From NCBI RefSeq assembly GCF_001564455.1, contig NZ_CP011391.1, positions 210,001 through 242,000 on the forward strand: a stretch of 32,000 bases of DNA, read 5' to 3'. The DNA is from Faecalibaculum rodentium. Lineage in GTDB: Bacteria; Bacillota_I; Bacilli_A; Erysipelotrichales; Erysipelotrichaceae. Position numbers and translations under genes: made by a program. Positions 25,806-32,000 of this stretch are shown piece after piece (within the stretch, counting starts at the first letter, position 1; the number at the start of each line of letters is the position of its first letter). Below the pieces are notes generated by a model. The model did not search any database and was not told where the DNA came from. It saw only the letters and a list, made by a program, of their open reading frames with translations.

Positions 25806-25833
25806 TTGACAACGCTTTTTTTGTGTCTATACT
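25806..25833 (+). promoter_or_regulatory. Sigma-70-type promoter for the LevR-type activator gene
   Basis: TTGACA (25806-25811), a 16-nt spacer, then TATACT (25828-25833), about 20 nt upstream of the AGGTGA Shine-Dalgarno site and the ATG at 25853. Confidence 0.5.
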
Positions 25834-25852
25834 AACACTCAGGTGAGCGAAC

Positions 25853-28558
25853 ATGCAGGAAATGATAGAAAAAGCAATACAGGAACATACACAAAACGGA
25901 CAGTTCAGCCGTCTTTCCGTGGCGGAACTGTCCTCGCAGCTGAGTCTTCCCAAAAGCCGCGTCACCCAGGTACTCCAGCAGCTGCTCAAGGCCGGCACCG
26001 TTGTCCGCGCAGGGCAGAAGCCGGTCCTGTTCCTGGACCGCAGCGTGCTGGAAGAGACGTATGGCACGGCCATTGAAGGGGATACGATCCGCAACCTGGA
26101 CCAGTGGCTGGCGGCGCAGACAGACCAGGAGCAGGACTTTGACAGACTGATTGGCCACGATGGCAGTCTGTCCTCGCTGGTGGAACAGTGCAAGGCGACC
26201 GTGGCCTATCCCCCCAACGGTCTGCCCCTCATTCTGACGGGAGAAACCGGCACGGGCAAAAGCATGATCGCGGGCCTTGCCTATGAATATGCCCGCAACC
26301 ACGACCTCGTGAAGCCGGAGAGCCGCTTTGTGGCGGTGAACTGCTCGGAGTATGCGAACAACCCGGAACTGCTCACGGCCAATCTCTTCGGCTATGTCAA
26401 GGGAGCCTTCACCGGCGCAGACCAGGATACCCCGGGGCTGCTGGAACTGGCGGACGGTGGTGTGCTGTTTCTGGATGAAGTCCACAATCTGAAGGGAGAA
26501 TGCCAGGAAAAGCTCTTCCACTTCATGGACCAGTCGATATATCACCGCATGGGTGACAACAAGACCTGGTACACATCCAGCGTACGGCTGATTTTTGCGA
26601 CAACCGAAGACCCGGAAAAGGTGCTGCTCAAGACCCTCCAGCGGCGGATCCCCATGAAGCTGACGGTTCCCAACCTGGCCGCCAGGGGCAATTACGAAAA
26701 ACTGCAGATCATTCTGTCCATGTTCGCCAGAGAGGAAGAGCGCCTCAAGGTGCACATCCAGCTCAGCAGCAGCGTCATCCAGCTGCTGCTGTCCTACCCC
26801 TTCCCGGAGAACATCGGCGGCCTGAAAAGCGCGATTCAATCCAGCTGCGTAAATGCCCTCTTTCAGACAGACGAAGAGAAAGTCATGCGCATTGGCCTGA
26901 AGGATATACCGGATTCCGTCATCCAGTATTCGGCGCTGGAAACACTGATGAAGCCCCGGGAACTCACCTGGCACGGCATCGAAGAACTTCGGCATGACCT
27001 GGTGAATGTCCGCACTCCGTTCAGCTTTTTCGAATCGGTGCTGGAAACGCTGGAAACCACACAGGATTTTGAATCGGATTTCCGGGCCATTCAGAAAACG
27101 GTGCTGCATCATTTCAAACGGAGTCTCCGTAAGGCAGATTTGACCCCCTTTGAGACAGCCTTTCTGACCATTGTGCAGGACAGGTGCCGCCAGTACCATC
27201 TGGAGCTCCCGGAAAAAGACCGGCAGCTGTATACAACAGCCTTTGTGGAACTGCTGTCATTGCCCCAGGGCATCGATTTGCTTCTGCAGTCCAGAGCAAA
27301 GCAGGTGGAAGAAGTCATGAACCGTCTGCGGACAGAGGCCTTCAAGTACTTTTCTCTGGTGACGGAAATCCGCCAGGAGGTCAGGGAGCGACTGGAAACA
27401 GACCTGAATCCGCTCCAGTGCCTCATCATGACCGTACTGGCTGCCAGGGCTGGCCAAAGCCAGCCCGCACCCCGGCGGATGGGGGTGATCCTGGCCCATG
27501 GGGAATCCAGTGCCAGTTCCATGGCCATGTGCGTCAACCAGTGGCTGGAGACCCATGTATTTGACGCGATCGACATGCCCCTGTTTGTGAGCCAGGAAGA
27601 AATCAGCCGCCAGCTCAATGACTGGCTCCGGAAAATGGAGGGCATCGAGGAACTGTTTCTGCTCGTGGACCTGGGCAGTCTGGAGCAGATTTACCGCAAT
27701 CTCAACATCCGCAATGTGAACATCGGCATCATCAATTCCCTGAGCCTGAAACTGGCCCTGTCGGTGGGACAGGACATCCGCAACCAGACGCCCATGGAGA
27801 AAGTGTTTGAGCGGGCAAAGGCGCTCTCGAGCATCGAGTACCACATTGAGCGCAACCGGGAGAAGCCCAGGATGATCATCTGTTCCTGCGCCAGCGGCCT
27901 GGGGGTGGCGGAAAAGCTCCGGGGTGTCATTGTGGATTCCCTGCCGGAAGACAGCGACATCCGCGTCATGACCTATGACTACAACACCCTGCAGCAGGAA
28001 GGCATGACGTCCCCGGTGTTTGAGGAAAACCAGGTGATCAGCATCGTGGGGACACTGAAGCCGGAGGAAATCACGGTGCCTTTTGTCGCCCTGGAGGACC
28101 TGATCCTGCAGGAAAACACGAATCGGTTTGATGACAGCCTGCGGCCGTACATGGAGGCGGAGGAGATGCGGGTGTTCAAGAAAAACATCGTCAAGAATTT
28201 CTCGCTCTCCAACATCATGAATTCCCTGACGATCCTGAATCCCGCCAAACTGCTGGAACATGTGGCGGATGCGATTGACCGGCTGCAGAACCGTCTGGGT
28301 GTCAGTCTGGGCAACAACACCTGTTTCGGTTTGTATGTGCATGTGAGCTGCCTGATCGAGCGCCTGGTCATGAACCGGGGCATCGAAGTCTATGGCAATG
28401 CGGATGCCTTCCGTCTGGAGCAGCAGGACTTCATTCAGGCGGTGGATGACTCCTTTGCGGATGTGCAGAAATTCTACGGCATCCGGATCCCGGTGGAGGA
28501 AACAGGCTACATGTATGACTACATCAAAAACGATCCCAATTACAAAAAGCGTGTCTGA
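25853..28558 (+). CDS. Sigma-54-dependent PRD-containing transcriptional activator (LevR/GfrR type)
   Basis: 901 aa. N-terminal wHTH, then a sigma-54 AAA+ module (GETGTGKS, the GAFTGA loop as VKGAFTGA, and LFLDEVH). This is followed by a PRD, an EIIA(Man)-like segment (GVILAHGESSASSMA), an EIIB(Gat)-like segment (MIICSCASGLGVAEKL) and a second PRD. Confidence 0.9.
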   Translation: MQEMIEKAIQEHTQNGQFSRLSVAELSSQLSLPKSRVTQVLQQLLKAGTVVRAGQKPVLFLDRSVLEETYGTAIEGDTIRNLDQWLAAQTDQEQDFDRLIGHDGSLSSLVEQCKATVAYPPNGLPLILTGETGTGKSMIAGLAYEYARNHDLVKPESRFVAVNCSEYANNPELLTANLFGYVKGAFTGADQDTPGLLELADGGVLFLDEVHNLKGECQEKLFHFMDQSIYHRMGDNKTWYTSSVRLIFATTEDPEKVLLKTLQRRIPMKLTVPNLAARGNYEKLQIILSMFAREEERLKVHIQLSSSVIQLLLSYPFPENIGGLKSAIQSSCVNALFQTDEEKVMRIGLKDIPDSVIQYSALETLMKPRELTWHGIEELRHDLVNVRTPFSFFESVLETLETTQDFESDFRAIQKTVLHHFKRSLRKADLTPFETAFLTIVQDRCRQYHLELPEKDRQLYTTAFVELLSLPQGIDLLLQSRAKQVEEVMNRLRTEAFKYFSLVTEIRQEVRERLETDLNPLQCLIMTVLAARAGQSQPAPRRMGVILAHGESSASSMAMCVNQWLETHVFDAIDMPLFVSQEEISRQLNDWLRKMEGIEELFLLVDLGSLEQIYRNLNIRNVNIGIINSLSLKLALSVGQDIRNQTPMEKVFERAKALSSIEYHIERNREKPRMIICSCASGLGVAEKLRGVIVDSLPEDSDIRVMTYDYNTLQQEGMTSPVFEENQVISIVGTLKPEEITVPFVALEDLILQENTNRFDDSLRPYMEAEEMRVFKKNIVKNFSLSNIMNSLTILNPAKLLEHVADAIDRLQNRLGVSLGNNTCFGLYVHVSCLIERLVMNRGIEVYGNADAFRLEQQDFIQAVDDSFADVQKFYGIRIPVEETGYMYDYIKNDPNYKKRV

Positions 28559-28575
28559 AGCGGCACGCTTTTTTT
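28548..28575 (+). terminator. Terminator overlapping the activator gene stop codon
   Basis: AGCGTG (28548-28553) pairs with CACGCT (28564-28569), followed by TTTTTTT. An A-run upstream makes it potentially bidirectional. Confidence 0.55.
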
Positions 28576-28682
28576 GTCCGGGTGCCGATGACGACGGACC
28601 GGGGTCGATTCGCCAAAAAAAACGCGAAAAACCGCAGGAAAACCAGCGGACTGTCCGGCAAAAGACGGAAAAACCGGCAGGA

Positions 28683-28698
28683 TGGCACGGAACTTGCT
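28683..28698 (+). promoter_or_regulatory. Sigma-54 -24/-12 promoter box P1 (distal)
   Basis: TGGCAC-ggaac-TTGCT fits TGGCAC-N5-TTGCW exactly and is followed by GGTATGGAAGTGA. Confidence 0.6.
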
Positions 28699-28782
28699 GG
28701 TATGGAAGTGACGGGCAGCCTCCGGCACCGGCGGATATGGATCCGAAGAAAATACAGAAAAATTCTTCGGAAACATTGAAAC

Positions 28783-28798
28783 TGGCACAGAGTTTGCT
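28783..28798 (+). promoter_or_regulatory. Sigma-54 -24/-12 promoter box P2
   Basis: TGGCAC-agagt-TTGCT, followed by GGTGTGGAAGTGA. It lies exactly 100 bp downstream of P1. Confidence 0.6.
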
Positions 28799-28878
28799 GG
28801 TGTGGAAGTGAACCCGCCCGCTGCATATAGGCATCGGCCACCAGGTTCCCGGAAAAACCACACCGGGCTGAACGGGAC

Positions 28879-28894
28879 TGGCACAACCTATGCT
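28879..28894 (+). promoter_or_regulatory. Sigma-54 -24/-12 promoter box P3
   Basis: TGGCAC-aacct-ATGCT (GG and GC dinucleotides correctly spaced, one deviation at -15), followed by GGTATGAAAGTGG. It lies 96 bp downstream of P2. Confidence 0.5.
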
Positions 28895-28939
28895 GGTATG
28901 AAAGTGGACGCACTCACGGCTTTGCCGCACAGGATGCGG

Positions 28940-28987
28940 CCGGATTCAGAGGATTTCGGAAAAAACATCCGGATTCTCTGAATCCGG
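28940..28987. repeat. Perfect 12-bp inverted repeat (24-bp spacer) with a nested 7-bp hairpin, abutting P4
   Basis: CCGGATTCAGAG (28940-28951) is the reverse complement of CTCTGAATCCGG (28976-28987). A third CCGGATT copy at 28969-28975 can pair with 28981-28987 instead. The last 3 nt overlap the CGGCAC -24 element. Confidence 0.85.
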
Positions 28988-29000
28988 CACGAACCTTGCT
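28985..29000 (+). promoter_or_regulatory. Sigma-54 -24/-12 promoter box P4 (proximal, PTS operon promoter)
   Basis: CGGCAC-gaacc-TTGCT, followed by GGTATGAAAGTGA. It lies 106 bp downstream of P3. The -12 element ends 37 nt before the EIIA ATG and upstream of its AAAGGAGG Shine-Dalgarno site. Confidence 0.75.
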
Positions 29001-29037
29001 GGTATGAAAGTGAAGGAAAACAAGAAAGGAGGTCCAT

Positions 29038-29463
29038 ATGCGGAACATTATTCTGGCATCTCATGGAGAGTTCTCAAAGGGACTGAAGGATTCAGTGAGC
29101 ATGATCGTCGGCGACCTGGCCGATCCGATCCGGACATACAGCCTGTATCCCTCCTGTTCCCCTGCGGACTACATGGAAGAAATGACGAAGGAGATCCTGG
29201 CACATCCGGAGGACGAATATGTCTTCCTGTGCGATGTGAAGGGTGGCAGCGTGCACAGCGCCGTGTCCCGCCTGTGCAGCCACAGAAACGTGGTGGTCTA
29301 CAGCGGCACGAACATGAACCTGGTGCTCGATCTGCTGCTTTCGACACCGGAGTCCCTGTCGGGAAACACCGAAACCCAGGACAGGCTCATCGCCTCGGGC
29401 AAAGACGGCATCGAGGTCCTGGATCACAGCCGGCTTGAAGCCGGGGAAGAAGAAGACTTTTAA
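29038..29463 (+). CDS. PTS mannose/fructose/sorbose-family EIIA component
   Basis: MRNIILASHGEFSKGL contains the phosphorylatable His in the SHG context. 141 aa. AAAGGAGG lies 6 nt upstream. Confidence 0.9.
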   Translation: MRNIILASHGEFSKGLKDSVSMIVGDLADPIRTYSLYPSCSPADYMEEMTKEILAHPEDEYVFLCDVKGGSVHSAVSRLCSHRNVVVYSGTNMNLVLDLLLSTPESLSGNTETQDRLIASGKDGIEVLDHSRLEAGEEEDF

Positions 29464-29475
29464 GGAGGAACGAAC

Positions 29476-29946
29476 ATGATCAAAAAACTGCGCGTGGATC
29501 ACCGGCTGCTGCATGGACAGGTTGCCTTTTCCTGGACGAGCGCACTGAACGTGGACTGCATTCTGATTGCCAACGATTCCGTCATGAAGGACGAACTGCG
29601 CAAGACCACCCTCAAGATGGCAAAACCCAACGGCGTGAAGCTGGTGATGAAAAACATCGAAGACAGCATCAAGGCCATCAACAGCGGCGTGACGGACAAA
29701 TACAAGCTCTTCATCGTGGTGGAAAGCATCGCCGATGCGGCTGCGCTGATCAATGGCGTGGAGTCTATCCGGGCACTGAACCTGGGCGGCACGAAGGCCA
29801 CGGACAAAACCCGGAACATTTCGAAGGCCATGAACGTGACCCCGGAAGAAGAAGACATCCTGAAGAACCTGGTGGACAAGGGCGTCGACGTCACCATCCA
29901 GATGGTGCCGGAAGATACGGCGGTACCGGTCATGAAGGCTCTGTAA
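29476..29946 (+). CDS. PTS mannose/sorbose-family EIIB component
   Basis: LRVDHRLLHGQV N-terminal signature of EIIB(Man/Sor). 156 aa. AAGGAGG lies upstream. Confidence 0.9.
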   Translation: MIKKLRVDHRLLHGQVAFSWTSALNVDCILIANDSVMKDELRKTTLKMAKPNGVKLVMKNIEDSIKAINSGVTDKYKLFIVVESIADAAALINGVESIRALNLGGTKATDKTRNISKAMNVTPEEEDILKNLVDKGVDVTIQMVPEDTAVPVMKAL

Positions 29947-29991
29947 AATACAGCGGATCAACAGAAAATCGGAAAGAAAGAGGAAAACGAC

Positions 29992-30777
29992 ATGCTGATA
30001 CAAGCGATACTGCTCGGTCTGGTTGCCATGCTCGGCAACGCCGAATACCTCTTTGGCACCTGCCTGCTCTCCCGTCCCCTGATCATGGGCACGCTGACAG
30101 GCATCGTGCTGGGCGACATCGAAGCCGGTGTCCGCATTGGCGCCACCATGGAGCTGGCCTTCATGGGTGCGTTCTCCATCGGGGCAAGCATTCCCCCTGA
30201 AATGATTTCCGGCACGGTCCTGGGCACGGCGTTTGCCATCACCACGGGATCCGGCCCGGAAACGGCCCTGGCCATTGGCCTGCCGGTGGCTTCCCTGGTC
30301 CTGCTGGCGAAGAACTTCGGCATGGTCTTCATTCTGCCGCCCTTTGTGCACAAGGCAGATGAATGTGCGAAGAACGACAACATGCAGGGCATTGCCGTGG
30401 TGCACTACCTGGCCGGTTTCTTCGGTGTGAACCTGATCATCGGCCTGTGTGTGGGAATCGGCTACTATGTGGGGTCTCCGGCGGTCGAGGCCTTCCTGTC
30501 CATCATTCCCGAATGGATCTCCAAGGGTCTGGAAATCACCATGGGTCTGCTGCCGGCAATCGGTTTCGGTCTGCTCATGAAGATGATCATGAACAAAGCC
30601 AACGCCTGCTTCTTCATTCTCGGATTCGCAATGAGTGTGTATTTCAACCTGCCGGGTACCGGCATTGCCATTCTCGGTGCGATTCTCGCCATTGTACTTA
30701 CACAGATCAAGCGGTCGCAGACCATGCAGACGGCTGTCGCACAGGGAGGATACACAGATGACGACGAAGACTTCTAA
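29992..30777 (+). CDS. PTS mannose/fructose/sorbose-family EIIC component
   Basis: 261-aa polytopic membrane protein with MLIQAILLGLVAMLGNAEY... typical of EIIC(Man). Its position in the operon also fits. Confidence 0.9.
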   Translation: MLIQAILLGLVAMLGNAEYLFGTCLLSRPLIMGTLTGIVLGDIEAGVRIGATMELAFMGAFSIGASIPPEMISGTVLGTAFAITTGSGPETALAIGLPVASLVLLAKNFGMVFILPPFVHKADECAKNDNMQGIAVVHYLAGFFGVNLIIGLCVGIGYYVGSPAVEAFLSIIPEWISKGLEITMGLLPAIGFGLLMKMIMNKANACFFILGFAMSVYFNLPGTGIAILGAILAIVLTQIKRSQTMQTAVAQGGYTDDDEDF

Positions 30778-31579
30778 GAAGCTGGAAAGAAAGCAGCTGA
30801 TGTCCGTGTTCTGGCGTTCATTCGGCCTGGAATGGGACTGGAACTATGAACGGCAGATGAACATCGGCTACTGCTACTGCATGCTGCCGGTGATCAAAAA
30901 GCTCTATGACGATCCTGCCGAGCAGGAAGCGGCGATGAAACGTCACCTGGAATTCTTCAATACCACCCCGCAGCTGGCGACCCTGATCCTGGGCATCACG
31001 GCGGCGATGGAAGAACAGAACGCGAATGATCCGGATTTCGACACGCAGTCCATCAATGACGTGAAGGTGTCCCTGATGGGGCCCCTGGCGGGAATCGGCG
31101 ACTCCTTTATCTGGGGCACGCTGCGGATCATTGCCACGGGTGTGGGTCTGTCCCTGGCGACACAGGGCAACATTCTGGGTCCCATCCTGTTCTTCCTGAT
31201 CTTCAACATCCCGGCACAGGGCCTGCGCTACTACCTCATGGGTGCCGGCTACAAGCTGGGAAGCGGCTTCCTGGCCACGCTGCAGAAAAGCGGCTGGATG
31301 GAGATGCTGACCTATGGTGCCTCTGTCCTGGGCCTGACGGTGATCGGGGGCATGACGGCACAGAATGTGGCCATCAATGTGCCTCTGGCAATCGGCGCAG
31401 GGGAAGAAGCGACGACCATCGGCGATATCTGCAACACAATCATGCCGGGGATCCTGCCGCTGCTGTTCACCTTCGGCATCTACTACCTGCTGAAGTTCAA
31501 GAACGTGAAAACCACGACGCTGCTGGTCGTCTTCATTCTGATTGGCTTCGCGGGCGCTTTCTTCGGCATCCTGGGATAG
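30758..31579 (+). CDS. PTS mannose/fructose/sorbose-family EIID component
   Basis: The ATG at 30758 follows GGGAGGA. FWRSFGLEWDWNYERQMNIGYCY is the EIID(Man) N-terminal signature. It overlaps the EIIC 3' end by 20 nt. The track start at 30635 is an upstream out-of-context extension. Confidence 0.9.
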   Translation: MTTKTSKKLERKQLMSVFWRSFGLEWDWNYERQMNIGYCYCMLPVIKKLYDDPAEQEAAMKRHLEFFNTTPQLATLILGITAAMEEQNANDPDFDTQSINDVKVSLMGPLAGIGDSFIWGTLRIIATGVGLSLATQGNILGPILFFLIFNIPAQGLRYYLMGAGYKLGSGFLATLQKSGWMEMLTYGASVLGLTVIGGMTAQNVAINVPLAIGAGEEATTIGDICNTIMPGILPLLFTFGIYYLLKFKNVKTTTLLVVFILIGFAGAFFGILG

Positions 31580-31664
31580 CCTGACGGACAGACCGGCTGC
31601 GGCACAGACACAACGGAAAACATACAGAGACAGAAATACAGAGAAACAAAGGAGGAACACAACC

Positions 31665-32000
31665 ATGATGAAATTCAACGAACAGGAAAAAATCGACAGC
31701 GTCAAAGGCGCGCTGGCACTGCGTCCCCAGATCGAGGAAATCGTGGACGGCATCTGCGAAAACGGCTACAAAAACATCGTGTGGCTGGGCATCGGCGGCA
31801 CCTGGGCGAGCGCACAGCAGGCGACGGTGCACATGAAGGAAAAAACCGGCATCGAGACCTGGGCGGAAAACGCAGCGGAATACCTGACGACCGGCAACAA
31901 ACGGATCGGCGAAGGCAGCGTGGTGATCACGTCGTCCGTGACGGGCAACACCATTGAAGTGGTGGAGGCCGTGAAGAAGGCAAAGGAAGCGGGCGCGACG
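31665..32000 (+). CDS. SIS-domain protein, partial (fructoselysine/glucoselysine-6-phosphate deglycase-like, FrlB/GfrE-type); continues beyond the window
   Basis: Hand translation gives MMKFNEQEKIDSVKGALALRPQIEEIVDGICENGYKNIVWLGIGGTWASAQQA...VVITSSVTGNTIEVVEAVKKAKEAGAT. It has SIS phosphosugar-binding motifs (GIGGT, SxSGNT). AAAGGAGGA lies 8 nt upstream. It is absent from the ORF track because no stop lies within the window. Confidence 0.75.
   Translation, partial: MMKFNEQEKIDSVKGALALRPQIEEIVDGICENGYKNIVWLGIGGTWASAQQATVHMKEKTGIETWAENAAEYLTTGNKRIGEGSVVITSSVTGNTIEVVEAVKKAKEAGAT

Noticed and set aside
28582-28811. Small ORFs in the promoter array (65-aa and 139-aa track ORFs, plus ATG-initiated peptides MEVTGSLRH... 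at 28702 and MKVDALTALPH... at 28898 that start inside the conserved GGTATG block)
   Set aside because: They are highly basic or low complexity and have no Shine-Dalgarno site. The conserved ATG lies at about -6 relative to the predicted sigma-54 start site, so it would not be in that unit's own transcript. The conservation is better explained as promoter-proximal sequence.
25832-28930. Long minus-strand ORFs (25832..27199, 455 aa; 27257..28930, 557 aa) opposite the LevR-type activator gene
   Set aside because: They are antisense shadows of a 901-aa gene with clear AAA+/PRD motifs, and their composition is H/Q/R/G-rich and non-protein-like. The second ORF also runs through the promoter array, where no coding signal is expected.
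28600-29000. CRISPR-like reading of the ~100-bp periodic array, and of the 5427-5510 tandem repeats
   Set aside because: The conserved blocks are sigma-54 boxes of about 30 bp with variable 96-106-bp periods, or directly abutting units without spacers. There are no uniform repeat/spacer lengths and no cas genes in the window.
29092-31753. Minus-strand ORFs 29092..30405 (437 aa) and 30818..31753 (311 aa) opposite the PTS genes
   Set aside because: They are antisense to EIIA-EIID genes that carry canonical signatures and Shine-Dalgarno sites, and their translations are low complexity.

Overview
GC-rich, Firmicutes-style chromosomal window (strong GGAGG-type Shine-Dalgarno sites, lipobox lipoproteins, sigma-54/LevR/PTS logic) with AT-richer accessory patches by eye; no GC values were computed. 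From left to right: (1) a MATE exporter and a convergent Rpn/YhgA-type PD-(D/E)XK nuclease; (2) a lipoprotein; (3) an AT-rich patch holding a DUF4143-type AAA ATPase, bracketed by repeat clusters; (4) a P-loop kinase-like gene; (5) an IS1595-family element with 32-bp inverted repeats, inserted at the 5' end of a GNAT acetyltransferase gene; (6) an AT-rich islet with two convergent orphan genes and a mini-lipoprotein ORF; (7) a minus-strand TetR-MFS-FtsX permease-ABC ATPase-P-loop kinase efflux cluster with twin palindromic operators; (8) a decayed region where an AlbA_2/HATPase_c_4 (RecG-like) gene is flanked by 128-bp direct repeats, next to a frameshifted esterase pseudogene; (9) a sugar ABC importer (ATPase, two permeases, binding protein) plus a lipoprotein; (10) a compact sigma-54 module, with rpoN divergent from a LevR-type activator, followed by a mannose-family PTS (IIA, IIB, IIC, IID) and a SIS-domain gene cut by the window end. 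The most unusual feature is the LevR-PTS intergenic region. It carries four tandem -24/-12 sigma-54 promoter boxes at about 100-bp periodicity, phased A-tracts, and nested inverted repeats that overlap the proximal -24 element. No rRNA, tRNA or CRISPR array was recognised. All family assignments come from reading motifs in the translations, not from database searches.
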